A stretch of DNA of 64,000 nt from Candidatus Eiseniibacteriota bacterium (GTDB lineage: Bacteria; Eisenbacteria; RBG-16-71-46). Position numbers and translations under genes: made by a program. Positions 1-9,480 of this stretch are shown here, piece after piece. The DNA lies in NCBI GenBank assembly GCA_963725865.1, contig CAVSAC010000010.1:928001-992000 (forward strand). The letters run 5' to 3'. Positions within the stretch are counted from its first letter, which is position 1. Each line of letters begins with the position of its first letter. The notes below the pieces were generated by a model, which was given only the letters and a program-made list of their open reading frames with translations, searched no databases and had not been told where the DNA came from.

Positions 1-142
1 CGGGCACCTCGCCGTCGTCGGCGATGCGCACCTCGAGCGGACGCCGGGTCTGCGCGGCGATCCCCGCCAGCGCGTCGCGCAGCAACTGCGGGCGATCGCA
101 CGTCGCCAGCACGATCGAGACCGAGGGGATCGCGGCTCGCAT
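1..142 (-). CDS. Glycosyltransferase family 2, N-terminal part (runs off the window edge)
   Basis: Manual translation from ATG at 142: MRAAIPSVSIVLATCDRPQLLRDALAGIAAQTRRPLEVRIADDG, a typical GT-A N-terminus. Confidence 0.8.
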   Translation of the reverse strand, partial: MRAAIPSVSIVLATCDRPQLLRDALAGIAAQTRRPLEVRIADDGEVP

Positions 143-152
143 CGGGCCTCCG

Positions 153-767
153 TCAGCGCGCCGCGGGGCCGGAGAACCGCAGCGCGTCCGCCCAGCGCGC
201 TTCGGCGAGCGCGCCGCGCACCACGCGCGTCTCGATCCATCCGCTGCTGCGCACGCCGCGCATCTCCATGCAGAGGTGGCGCGCCTCCAGCACCACGGCC
301 ACGCCGCGGGGCGCCAGCAGCCGCTCGAGGTGGTCGGCGATCTGGGTCGTGATGCGCTCCTGTAGCTGGGGGCGGCGCGCGTAACGCGCGAGCAGCCGCG
401 CCAACCCGCTGACGCCGATGAGGCGCTCGCCGGGCAGGTAGGCGATCTGCGCGCGACCGAAGAACGGCACGAGGTGGTGCACGCACACCGAGTGGAACGG
501 CAGGTCCCGGGCGAGCACCAGATCGTCGGCGCCCGCGTGGGGAAAGGTCGCGAACTCGGGCTCGGTGGCCGGATCGAGCCCTTCGAACACCTCGAGGTAG
601 AGGTCCACGACCCGGGCCGGGGTCCTGGCCAGCTCCGGCTCGGTGGCCGGATCGAGGGCCAGCGCGCGGATGAGGTCGGCAACCGCGCGTTCGGCGGCGG
701 GTCGATCGGGTCCCGGACGACTGGAGGCCACACGTCCCTCCCGGCGCAACAAGGCGGGGCCGGTCAC
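153..767 (-). CDS. folE: GTP cyclohydrolase I family protein (divergent); true start may be the GTG near 731
   Basis: Motifs TPARV, SVCVHHLVPFFG, RRPQLQERIT, ARHLCMEMRGV. Confidence 0.85.
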   Translation of the reverse strand: MTGPALLRREGRVASSRPGPDRPAAERAVADLIRALALDPATEPELARTPARVVDLYLEVFEGLDPATEPEFATFPHAGADDLVLARDLPFHSVCVHHLVPFFGRAQIAYLPGERLIGVSGLARLLARYARRPQLQERITTQIADHLERLLAPRGVAVVLEARHLCMEMRGVRSSGWIETRVVRGALAEARWADALRFSGPAAR

Positions 768-786
768 ACGACCGGCCCCGCGAAGA

Positions 787-863
787 TGGAGCGGAAGACG
801 GGATTTGAACCCGCGACATCCACCTTGGCAAGGTGGCGCTCTACCGGTCTGAGCTACTTCCGC
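787..863 (-). tRNA. tRNA-Gly (anticodon GCC), CCA encoded
   Basis: Reverse complement GCGGAAGTAGCTCAGACCGGTAGAGCGCCACCTTGCCAAGGTGGATGTCGCGGGTTCAAATCCCGTCTTCCGCTCCA folds as a cloverleaf with a TTGCCAA anticodon loop. Confidence 0.97.
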
Positions 864-880
864 GTGATTCGAGTGCGGGG

Positions 881-910
881 ACTATAGCCAGCCCCGTCCG
901 GAGGCGTCAA
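881..910 (-). promoter_or_regulatory. Predicted sigma70 promoter for tRNA-Gly/folE
   Basis: TTGACG-N18-TATAGT, with the -10 ending 17 nt upstream of the tRNA. Confidence 0.7.
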
Positions 911-1039
911 GACGGCCGGGCGGCCCCGCGCGCCTTCCGGCGCGCCGCGCGCCGCACGGGTCCGGCGCGCGCGCGAGCGTCACGCCCCGCCCCGCTCGTT
1001 CACCGGCGCGAGCGCGGCGTCGTGATCGATCGGGCGGCG

Positions 1040-1069
1040 TTCCGGCCCGGAGCCGGCCTTCGGTATAGT
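1040..1069 (+). promoter_or_regulatory. Predicted promoter for a leaderless lysC mRNA
   Basis: TATAGT at 1064-1069, 6 nt before ATG 1076, no Shine-Dalgarno; weak -35 TTCCGG at 18 nt. Confidence 0.5.
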
Positions 1070-1075
1070 GCGCCC

Positions 1076-2278
1076 ATGACCCTGCTGGTGCAGAAGTACG
1101 GCGGCACCTCGGTCGACGGCGCCGAGCGCGTGCGGGCGGTGGCGCGGCGCGTGGCCGCGGCCCGCGCCGCCGGCCACGACACGGTGGTGGTGGTCTCCGC
1201 GATGGGACAGACGACCGACGAGCTGCTGGCGCTCGCCCGCCAGGTGTCGCCCAACCCGAGCCGGCGCGAGCTCGACATGCTGATCACCACCGGCGAGCGC
1301 GTGTCGATGGCGCTGCTGGCGATGGCGCTGCACGACCTCGGCGTCGACGCGATCTCGTTCACCGGCTCGCAGAGCGGCGTGCTGACCGACTCGACGCACG
1401 GTGCCGCGCGGATCACGGGCATCCGTCCCGACCGCATCCGCGCCGAACTCGCGCGCGGACGGGTCGTGATCGTAGCCGGGTTCCAGGGCGTCAACCCCGA
1501 GACCCGCGAGATCACCACGCTGGGCCGCGGCGGCTCCGACACCACCGCGGTCGCGCTCGCCGCCGCGCTGGGCGGCGCGTGCGAGATCTACACCGACGTG
1601 GCGGGGGTGTTCACCGCCGACCCGCGCGTGGCTCCGGCCGCGCGCGTCATCCCGACGATCTCGTACCGCGCGTGCTCGACGCTCGCCCACCTCGGCGGGC
1701 GGGTGCTGCACGCGCGCTGCGTGGACCTCGCCGCGCGCCATCGCGTTCCGCTTGTCGTGCGCTCCTCGTTCGACGATGGGCCCGGGACGCGTCTCCAGGA
1801 GGACGACATGGAAGGACCGCACGTCGATGCGGTGACGCATCGGGACGGCTGTTCGATCGCGATCGCCGAGGGCAATGCCGGCGGCCGCGGCGAAGCCCGC
1901 GGACTGATCGAGAACGTGGCCGCCGCGCTCCCCGAGCTGGAGCTGATCGCGCACGAGCAGGACACCGAGGCGCACGGCGCCGTGGTGTGGATCGGCGGAC
2001 GCGAGGACGTCGAGGCGCTGCAGGCGCGCTTCCGCGAGCTGCGGGGCCCGGGCGGCGAGTGGCGCCTGGTGGCCGAGCACGAGGCGGCGTTCGTGTCGGT
2101 GGTGGGCTTCGGGCTCGGCGCGGCGCACGCCGCGCGCGCGGAGGCGGCGCTCGAGCGTGCCGGCGTGCCGCTGGTGGCGCTGCGCGTCACGCCCACCGCG
2201 CTGGTGTTCCGGGTCGCCGACGCGCGCTGCGCGGACGCGGTGCGCGCGCTGCACGCGGAGATGTTCGAGGCGGGTTAG
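1076..2278 (+). CDS. lysC: Aspartate kinase
   Basis: VQKYGGTSV, VVVSAMG, RELDMLITTGE, AGFQG, TTLGRGGSDTTA, IYTDVAGVFTADPR; degenerate ACT-like C-terminus. Confidence 0.95.
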   Translation: MTLLVQKYGGTSVDGAERVRAVARRVAAARAAGHDTVVVVSAMGQTTDELLALARQVSPNPSRRELDMLITTGERVSMALLAMALHDLGVDAISFTGSQSGVLTDSTHGAARITGIRPDRIRAELARGRVVIVAGFQGVNPETREITTLGRGGSDTTAVALAAALGGACEIYTDVAGVFTADPRVAPAARVIPTISYRACSTLAHLGGRVLHARCVDLAARHRVPLVVRSSFDDGPGTRLQEDDMEGPHVDAVTHRDGCSIAIAEGNAGGRGEARGLIENVAAALPELELIAHEQDTEAHGAVVWIGGREDVEALQARFRELRGPGGEWRLVAEHEAAFVSVVGFGLGAAHAARAEAALERAGVPLVALRVTPTALVFRVADARCADAVRALHAEMFEAG

Positions 2279-3523
2279 CCCCCGCGCGCCCCACGGCCGG
2301 AGCGCGCGCCGAGCAGCGCCGCCCAGCCGGCGCCCGCGAGCCACAACAGCAGCGGCTCGATGCTCATGCGGTAGCGCATCACGGTGAGGAACACGCGAGG
2401 CCATGAGCGTGAAGCTGAGCGATCCCGAGCGGGAACGCGCCGAGTCCCGCCTCGAGCGACGCGCAGCAAGTCCCAGCAGCGCGCCGACGAAGATCACCAC
2501 GCTCATCGCCCCCATCGCCCAGTCGGCCACCGACACCGAGTACGCGGTGCGGGTCTGGGTGCGCGGGTAGAGCGCCCACAGGTTGCGCATCTTGACCAGG
2601 TAGAGCGACGCCGCGCGGCCCGGCTGCTCGCGCACGAAGCGCATCCCCTCGCGGTAGTAAGGCCCGCTCCTGGTCCGTGTAGTTCGGCGCAGTGCGCGGA
2701 TCGAATCCAGCAGCGCCCCGGTAGGCTTCGGGTTCCACTGCGTCGAGCCCCGGTAGTCGGGGTTGTTGCCCATCCAGAACTGGCGCCCGCCGCCCGCGGT
2801 GATGAAGAACCAGCGGCCGTACACGGCGTGGTTGCGCGCGACCCACGGCGCCACCACCAGCGCAAGGGCGAGCGTGAACAGCGCCCCCCAGCGCGCCAGC
2901 CGGAGCGCGCCGCGGCGCCCGAGGTGGATGCAGCGTGCCGAGCGCCAGCCCGGGCAGCAGCGCGCTTAGCGTCGGCTTGCAGAGCAGCGCCACGCCGTAC
3001 GCGCAGACCCGCGAGCACGAATCGGCGCGCCCGACGGGCGGCGCAACGCCAGGCCGTAGAGCCCGAACGCCAGCGACCGCGAGCGACAGCATCAGGGTCT
3101 CGACGTAGTGCGTGATGGGCAGGAACGCCATCACCGGATGGAGCGCGGCGAGCGTCGCGGCGACCAGCCCGGCGCCGGCCCGAGCAGCGCCGCGCCGAAC
3201 GCGCCGATCAGCGCGACCGTTGCCGTCGAGAGTCCGGCCTCGACCAGGCGCAGCGCGTGCAGGTCGCGTCCGGTCACCGAGTACACGCCGGCGATGAAGA
3301 ACGGGTAGGCCGGCGGCAGGAAGAAGTCGGCGGTGTAGCGGTGCTCGGCGGCGAGCGCCCAGCCGGCGGCTTCGTACGCGCGGCCGTCGGCCCACGGGAT
3401 CCCCGCCGGCGCCATGGCGACGAACGCGAGTCGGGCGAGCAGCGCGCCTGCGAGCACCAGCGCCCAAGCCAGACGGCGCCGGGCGAGGCGATCGAGCCAT
3501 CCGGCAGACGGCACCGCGTTCAT
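2275..3523 (-). CDS. ArnT/PMT-like (GT-C) membrane glycosyltransferase, several frameshifts
   Basis: Pieces in different frames: WADGRAYE..FFLPPAYPFFIAGVYS, LHPVMAFLPITHYVETL, VAPWVARNHAVYG..FWMGNNP, RYRMSIEPLL; start overlaps the glgA stop. Confidence 0.7.
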
Positions 3524-5052
3524 GGCTTGAGCATCAGGCGCACGCTCTCGAGCGTGGGCGCCGCTCCCATCCCCACCTGCACTCGCGCCTCCGCGTACAG
3601 CGCGTCGTAGCCGTCGGCACTCGCGCGCCACGAGAAGTCGTGCGCCATGCCGTTGCGCTGCAGCGTGCGCCACAGCTCGGGCTGGCGATGGAACGCGAGG
3701 GCGCGGCGCAGCGTCTGCACCATGTCGTGATCGTCGAAATGCTCGAACGTGAAGCCGTTCCCCTCGCGCGTGATCGGATCGAACTCGCGCACGGTATCGG
3801 CGAGCCCACCCACCGCGCGCACCACCGGAACGGTGCCATAGCGCAGGCTGTACATCTGGTTGAGTCCGCACGGCTCGTAGCGCGAGGGCATCAAGAACAC
3901 GTCGGCGCCGCCCTCGACCAGGTGGGCGAACGGCTCGTCGTGCCCGCCGCGGTAGTGGAAGCGGGTCGGATGCTCGGCCGCCAGGCGGCGGAACAGCTCC
4001 ACGTAGCGCGGCTGCCCGGAGCCCAACACCACGAACCGGGCGTCGAGCCGCGCGAGCTCGGGCGCGGCCTGCTCCACCAGGTCGAAGCCCTTCTGAAGCA
4101 CCAGCCGCGAGACCACGCCGACCACCGGCCACGCCGGCCGGTCCGGCAGCTCCGCCTCGCGCAGCAGCGCGGCCCGGTTGCCGGCCTTCTTCTCGAGCGA
4201 GTCGCGGTCGTAGCGCACCGCCAGGTGGGGATCGCGCGCGGGATCCCACACCGCGTCGTCGATGCCGTTGAGGATGCCGCGCAGGGCGTCGCCGCGGCGC
4301 TCGAGCAGCCCCTCGAGGCCGAACCCGAACTCGCCGGTCGTCTGCACCTCGCGGGCGTAGCGCGGGCTCACGGTCGAGATCATGTCGGCGAACGCGATGC
4401 CGACCTTCATGTAGTTCACGCGGCCCCAGAACTCGAACGGGCTCGCCGGGTAGAACAGGTCGCGCCCGAAGCCCGCGAGCCCCAGCACCCAGGCGTCGTA
4501 GATGCCCTGGTAGCCGAGGTTGTGGATCGTGAACACGGTGGCGACGCCGCCGAACGCCAGCTCGTACGCGTCGTGGGTCCGCGCGAAGCACGGCGCCCAC
4601 GCCGCCTGGTGGTCGTGCGCGTGCAGGACGTCGAGCCGCTCGCCCAGCCGCTTGAGCCCCTCGAGGGCGGCGCGCGCGAAGAACAGGAAGCGCTCGGCGC
4701 TGTCGGGCCAGCCCTCGCCGGTGCGCGGGTCGTCGTAGACGCCGGGGCGGTCGAAGAAACGGCGCTCGCCCGCGTGGCCGACCAGCAGCACGCGCGGCCC
4801 GGCGCCCGGTGGCTCGAGCAGCGAGAACCGCGCCGGCTCGCGCCCCATCCCCCACGGCACCTGCGCCTCGTCGAGCTCGCGGCAGGTCCAGCCGGCCGGC
4901 ATCTCGAGCGTGGCGTAGCGCGGCAGCACCACCGTCACCCGGTGGCCGCGGCGCGCCTGCTCGAACGAGAGTGCGCCGATGACGTCCCCGAGGCCGCCGA
5001 CCTTCACGAACGGCGACATCTCGCTCGCCACGTGCGCGATGGTGAGCGTCAT
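3520..5052 (-). CDS. glgA: Glycogen synthase (GT5)
   Basis: SEMSPFVKVGGLGDV, HAHDHQ, FTIHNLGYQG, GILNGID, MPSRYEPCGLNQ. Confidence 0.95.
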   Translation of the reverse strand: MTLTIAHVASEMSPFVKVGGLGDVIGALSFEQARRGHRVTVVLPRYATLEMPAGWTCRELDEAQVPWGMGREPARFSLLEPPGAGPRVLLVGHAGERRFFDRPGVYDDPRTGEGWPDSAERFLFFARAALEGLKRLGERLDVLHAHDHQAAWAPCFARTHDAYELAFGGVATVFTIHNLGYQGIYDAWVLGLAGFGRDLFYPASPFEFWGRVNYMKVGIAFADMISTVSPRYAREVQTTGEFGFGLEGLLERRGDALRGILNGIDDAVWDPARDPHLAVRYDRDSLEKKAGNRAALLREAELPDRPAWPVVGVVSRLVLQKGFDLVEQAAPELARLDARFVVLGSGQPRYVELFRRLAAEHPTRFHYRGGHDEPFAHLVEGGADVFLMPSRYEPCGLNQMYSLRYGTVPVVRAVGGLADTVREFDPITREGNGFTFEHFDDHDMVQTLRRALAFHRQPELWRTLQRNGMAHDFSWRASADGYDALYAEARVQVGMGAAPTLESVRLMLKP

Positions 5053-5071
5053 CGGGCTCCCGCGATCCGGT

Positions 5072-6085
5072 TCAGGCCTCGACCGCGATCTCGCGCAGGT
5101 ACTGCGCGGCGTCCTCGGGCGGCGTCGGGTTGATGTGGAAGCCCGAGCCGATCTCGAAGCCCGCGACCCGCGAGAGCTTGGGCAGGATCTCGAGATGCCA
5201 GTGGTAGTACTCGAGGTCGCCGTCGCTCACCGGCGCGGTGTGGATGACGAAGTTGTACGGTGGCCGGTTGAGGGCCCGATCGAGGCGCCACAGCATGTCC
5301 TTGAGGATGGCCGCGAAGTCGTGGAACTCGCTCGCGTCCTCGACCGACTGGAACGCCGCGTCGTGACGGCGCGGCAGGATCCAGGTCTCGAACGGGAAGC
5401 GTGGGGCGAACGGCTCCAGCGCGACGAAGCGCTCGTTCATCGTCACCACCCGGCGGCCGTCGTTCTCGGCGGTCTCCTGCTGGATGATGTCGCAGAACAC
5501 GCAGCGCTCCTTGAGCTCGAAGTAGCGCCGGCTGCCCTCCAGCTCCTCCTGCACGAGGCGCGGGATGATGGGCGTCGCGATCATCTGGGTGTGGCCGTGC
5601 TCGATCGTGGCGCCGGCACCGGCGCCCTGGTTCTTGAAGATCAGCACGTAGCGGAAGCGCCGGTCGCGGTGCAGGTCGAGCACCCGTGCGCGGTAGGCGG
5701 CCAGCATCTGCGCCAGATGCTCGACCGGCAGCTCGTGGAGCATCAGGTCGTGCTGCGGGCACTCGATCACCACCTCGTGCGCGCCGACGCCGTTCATCTT
5801 GTCGTAGAGCCCCTCGCCGCGGCGGTCGAGCGTGCCCTCGATCTGGAGCGCCGGGAACTTGTTGGGCACCACGCGCACCTGCCAGCCGGGCGAGTTGGGA
5901 GCGCCGCCGTTCGGGCGGTAGGCGTACACCTCGGGCGGGGTCTTGTCCTCGTGGCCGGGGCAGAACGGGCAGAAGCTCGGCGACTTGGGGACCGGCGCCG
6001 GTTCGAAGCTCGTGGGTCGGCGGCTGCGTTCGGTGGAGATGATCACCCACCGTCCGACCACCGGGTCCTTCCGTAGCTCGGGCAT
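5072..6085 (-). CDS. galT: Galactose-1-phosphate uridylyltransferase family (GalT/ADP-glucose phosphorylase-like)
   Basis: MPELRKDP, CPFCPG, VPNKFPAL, FKNQGAGAGATIEHGHTQ (HxHxQ), CVFCD, HWHLEILP. Confidence 0.9.
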   Translation of the reverse strand: MPELRKDPVVGRWVIISTERSRRPTSFEPAPVPKSPSFCPFCPGHEDKTPPEVYAYRPNGGAPNSPGWQVRVVPNKFPALQIEGTLDRRGEGLYDKMNGVGAHEVVIECPQHDLMLHELPVEHLAQMLAAYRARVLDLHRDRRFRYVLIFKNQGAGAGATIEHGHTQMIATPIIPRLVQEELEGSRRYFELKERCVFCDIIQQETAENDGRRVVTMNERFVALEPFAPRFPFETWILPRRHDAAFQSVEDASEFHDFAAILKDMLWRLDRALNRPPYNFVIHTAPVSDGDLEYYHWHLEILPKLSRVAGFEIGSGFHINPTPPEDAAQYLREIAVEA

Positions 6086-6150
6086 GAGCGTCCTCGTATG
6101 CGGGTAGGTCGCCGGGCGGGAGCCCCGGTCTTCAGCAGTAAGGCGGCGGA

Positions 6151-6180
6151 AGTCTAGGGATGGGTGGCGCGTGGGGTCAA
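6151..6180 (-). promoter_or_regulatory. Predicted sigma70 promoter for galT-glgA
   Basis: TTGACC-N18-TAGACT. Confidence 0.6.
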
Positions 6181-7460
6181 GGAGCGCCGATCCCGGCGCC
6201 ACGAACGTCCTCGCCTCCCCGATCGACCGATTCCCGCCGTTCCTTCGCCGTTTCCTCGAACACTCGCCGCAGCACCGCCTCCTCGCCCGGCGCCAGCGCG
6301 CGTCCGCGCCGCGCGAGCGCGGTGCGCGCGGTCGCCAGGAACGCGTCGAGCCGGTGCTCCACGGTCGACGCGCCGTCCCACCACGCGAACGAAGCCACCG
6401 CCGCCGGCGCCAGGCGTCCGCCGCCGAACAGATTCGCGCCCACGCCCACCGCGGCGCCGGTCGGCAGCAGCGTGCCGATGCCGGTCTTCACGTGCGCGCC
6501 GACCACCGCGCCCACCTTGGACTCGCCGCTGTCCAGGCGCACGCCGTCGATCCACACCCGGACCGGTCCGTAGTTGTTCTTGAGGTCGCTGGTGGTGGTG
6601 AGCGCGCCGAGGTTCACCCACTCCCCGAGCGCGCTGTGCCCGACGAAGCCGTGGTGGCGCTTGTTGCCGTAGCCCTGCCAGACGCACTCCTCGACCTCGC
6701 CCGCTATGCGGCACTCGGGCCCGAACGTGGAACGCGAGATGAAGCCGCCCAGCAGCTGGGTCCGCTCGCCCACGACGCACGGCCCCGTCACCACGGTGTG
6801 CGGGCGCACCCGCGCGTCCGCGCCGATGCGGATGGGACCGCCGCGCGCATCGAGCACCGCGAGCGGCTCCACCTGGGCACCCGCCTCGACGACGATGCGC
6901 TCGGGCGCCAGCAGCACCGCGCCCGCGTGCACCGAGCCCGCGATGCGCCCGGCCTCGCCCGCCAGGTCGGCCGCGATCGCGTCCGCGTTCCAGCGCACCA
7001 GGTCCCACGGGAACGTGACGAAGCGCGCCTGCGGCACCGCCACCGCCGGCAAACCCAGCCCGAGCAGGAACGCCTCGAACGCCTCGCCGCGCCCGAGCCC
7101 CGGCGCCAGCATCTCGAACGGCAGCCGCGCGCCCACGATACGGCCCTCGCCCAGGAACAGCGCCGGACTGCGCGCGGCCCGCGCCGCCGCCAGCCACGCC
7201 TCGGGCAGCGCGGCGGCGTTGAACACCAGCACCTCGTCGCCGCGCCGCGGCGCGGTCGCCTCGATCGCGGGCGCCTCGTGCCAGCCGCCCATCGCGTGCG
7301 CGCGCGCCTCGATCCCGAGCAGTGGCGCGTCCACCGCGCGGCGCCAGCGGCGCTCGAGCGTGCTCGCGCCGAACGCCAGCGCCGGCACCGGCAGCACGTC
7401 GGTGAGCGGGCGCAGGGTGCGCCAGTGGCGATCCTCGTAGAGCACGAGCAGGGTGTTCAT
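6177..7460 (-). CDS. Putative sugar nucleotidyltransferase with left-handed beta-helix (GlmU-like)
   Basis: LYED..LRPLT start, hexapeptide repeats, NKRHHGFVGHSALGEWVNLGALTTTSDLKNNY. Confidence 0.85.
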   Translation of the reverse strand: MNTLLVLYEDRHWRTLRPLTDVLPVPALAFGASTLERRWRRAVDAPLLGIEARAHAMGGWHEAPAIEATAPRRGDEVLVFNAAALPEAWLAAARAARSPALFLGEGRIVGARLPFEMLAPGLGRGEAFEAFLLGLGLPAVAVPQARFVTFPWDLVRWNADAIAADLAGEAGRIAGSVHAGAVLLAPERIVVEAGAQVEPLAVLDARGGPIRIGADARVRPHTVVTGPCVVGERTQLLGGFISRSTFGPECRIAGEVEECVWQGYGNKRHHGFVGHSALGEWVNLGALTTTSDLKNNYGPVRVWIDGVRLDSGESKVGAVVGAHVKTGIGTLLPTGAAVGVGANLFGGGRLAPAAVASFAWWDGASTVEHRLDAFLATARTALARRGRALAPGEEAVLRRVFEETAKERRESVDRGGEDVRGAGIGAP

Positions 7461-8266
7461 CGCGCGGTCCCCGCGAATCGGAACACCCCGCCGAACCCCG
7501 CGAGCGTCGCGCGCCGCTTGAGCGCGTCGGCGGCCTCGCCACTCACGCAGTCGCGGGTGCGCACCTTGAACAGGCCCTTTTCGCGCTCGACCACGAACGC
7601 GACCAGTAGCTGGGACTCGGCCGCCGCGCGCAGGCCGTCGGCCTTTGCGCGCTCGGCCGGGGCCCCCACCTGGACGCGCCAGCAGGGGGTGCCGGGCGCC
7701 AGCTTCGCGGGCGCGGGCGTGCGCGTCGGCGGCGCGGCCACCGGAGGGGCCGGCGCGGATGCCGCCGGCGGCGCCGGCGCGGCGCTCGCGCTGGTGTCGG
7801 GCGCGAGCAGGCGCGCGAGCGTGCCCGGCTTGTCGCCGAGCGGCTGCGTGGGGCTCGGCACCGGCACGTCGGTGGACGCGCTGTCGGCCGCGGGCCGCGT
7901 GAACCGCAGCGTGTCGTACGCCGCCTCCGGCGCCACCTCGGTCACGCCGCCGGGCCCGGGCGTCGCGGGTGCGCCCGGCGCCGCGGCCCGCAGCTCCGCG
8001 GGCGTGGGCGCCGGCACGCGCTCCGCCTGCGGCAGCGGCTCCACGATGCTGCCCAGCACCGCGCTTCCGGCGGGCGAGACCGCCGTCGTGTCGATCGCGG
8101 TGCGCGTGGCGACCGCCGGCGACGGCGCGGGCGTGCCGGGCGCCGGGGCCGTAGCCGGCACCGGGGCCGGCGTCGGTGGCGCCGAGGTCACCGGCAGCAT
8201 GCCCGCGCATCCGGTCAACACCGCGAGTGCCGCCGCCAGTGTCAGTGTCGCCGCGCGCTCACGCAT
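7457..8266 (-). CDS. SPOR-domain lipoprotein
   Basis: Signal peptide with lipobox LTGC, Pro/Ala-rich linker, C-terminal WRVQVGA...GLFKVR. Confidence 0.75.
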   Translation of the reverse strand: MRERAATLTLAAALAVLTGCAGMLPVTSAPPTPAPVPATAPAPGTPAPSPAVATRTAIDTTAVSPAGSAVLGSIVEPLPQAERVPAPTPAELRAAAPGAPATPGPGGVTEVAPEAAYDTLRFTRPAADSASTDVPVPSPTQPLGDKPGTLARLLAPDTSASAAPAPPAASAPAPPVAAPPTRTPAPAKLAPGTPCWRVQVGAPAERAKADGLRAAAESQLLVAFVVEREKGLFKVRTRDCVSGEAADALKRRATLAGFGGVFRFAGTAR

Positions 8267-9317
8267 GGCTCGCCTCCCGTGCGCGCACCGCTTCGGTGAC
8301 GCGCCGCACCTGATCGCTGTCGCCGAGCCGGCAGCACAGGGTCGCGCCCGCGACGTGCACCACCACCATCTCGCGCAGCCCCATCGCCGCCGCCGTCCCG
8401 CCGTCGCCCACCACCACGCAACCCTCGCAGTCGATCGCCACCGCGTCGCCGAAGCGCACGTTGCCGCGCTCGTCGTGCGGCTGGCGGCGCGCCCACGCGC
8501 TCCACGAACCGAGGTCGTCCCAGTCGAACGACGCCTCCAGCACCAGCACGTTGGGCGCCCGCTCCATCACCGCGTAGTCGACCGAGATCGCCTCGAGCCC
8601 GGGGAACACGCGGTCGAGCGCGCGCTCGAAGCCGGCGTCGCCGCCCTCCCAGCGCATCGCGTCGAGCGGCGCGTGCAGCGCCGGACGCGTCGCCGCGAGC
8701 GCGTCGAGGAACGTGCGCGCCTGCCACACGAAGATGCCCGCGTTCCACGCGTACGTGCCGGAGGCGATCCACGCCTCGGCGTCCGCGCGGGCGGGCTTCT
8801 CGGTGAAGCGCGCGACCCGATGCAGGCGGTCCGCGAGTGACGCGCCGCGCTGGATGTAGCCGAAGTTGGTCTCGGGATGCGTCGGCCGGATGCCGAACGT
8901 GAGCATGACGCGCTCGCGCTCGCAGGTCGCGAATGCGCGCGTGAGGTCGGCCGCGAACGCGGACTCGTCGTCGATGGCGTGGTCGGCCGGCAGCACCGCG
9001 AACGCGGCCTGCGCGGACTCGGCGCGGAACAGCACGGCGGCCGCCCCGATCGCGGCCGCGGTGTTGCGCATCATGGGCTCGCCCAGCACCCGCACGCCCG
9101 GACACTCGCGGCGCACCGCGTCCACCAGGTCGCGCGCGGTCAGGATCACCACGCGCTCGCGCGGCACCACCCGCAGCGCCCGCTCGAGCGTGGCGGCCAG
9201 CAGCGTGCGTCCGCCGGAGGCGAGCGGCAGCAACTGCTTGGGCCGGCCGGGCCGGCTCCAGGGCCAGAACCGCTCGCCGCGGCCGCCGGCGAGGATGAGC
9301 ACGAAGCGATCGGACAT
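8259..9317 (-). CDS. manC: Mannose-1-phosphate guanylyltransferase
   Basis: ILAGGRGERFWPWSRPGRPKQLL, EPMMRNTAAAI, LPADH, FTEKP, ISVDYAVME, WDDLGSW. Confidence 0.92.
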   Translation of the reverse strand: MSDRFVLILAGGRGERFWPWSRPGRPKQLLPLASGGRTLLAATLERALRVVPRERVVILTARDLVDAVRRECPGVRVLGEPMMRNTAAAIGAAAVLFRAESAQAAFAVLPADHAIDDESAFAADLTRAFATCERERVMLTFGIRPTHPETNFGYIQRGASLADRLHRVARFTEKPARADAEAWIASGTYAWNAGIFVWQARTFLDALAATRPALHAPLDAMRWEGGDAGFERALDRVFPGLEAISVDYAVMERAPNVLVLEASFDWDDLGSWSAWARRQPHDERGNVRFGDAVAIDCEGCVVVGDGGTAAAMGLREMVVVHVAGATLCCRLGDSDQVRRVTEAVRAREASHA

Positions 9318-9352
9318 GCGGGGCTCTCCGGATGGGCGCAAGGGAACGGGGC

Positions 9353-9382
9353 AGGATAGGCCCGCGGGCGCGCGAGCGGCAA
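9353..9382 (-). promoter_or_regulatory. Predicted sigma70 promoter for the manC operon
   Basis: TTGCCG-N18-TATCCT; a 14-bp tandem repeat (CGTGGCTCGGCGCG x2, 9385-9412) lies just upstream. Confidence 0.5.
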
Positions 9383-9425
9383 GCCGTGGCTCGGCGCGCG
9401 TGGCTCGGCGCGCGGCCCACCCGAT

Positions 9426-9465
9426 GCGCGCGGCGGCGGAGTCCGCGGGTCCCACCGCCGCGCGC
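9426..9465 (-). terminator. GC-rich hairpin after the FG-GAP/Ig gene stop (possible terminator, no U-tract)
   Basis: Perfect 11-bp inverted repeat GCGCGCGGCGG/CCGCCGCGCGC, 15 nt after the stop at 9481. Confidence 0.45.
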
Positions 9466-9480
9466 CCCGCGCGGGCGCGG

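Noticed and set aside
787..863. tRNA-Gly as an integration site for an island
   Set aside because: No integrase and no duplicated tRNA 3' end seen in the window
6171..8840. Long antisense/shadow ORFs throughout the window
   Set aside because: Arg/Ala/Pro-rich translations with no motifs, lying opposite clear genes
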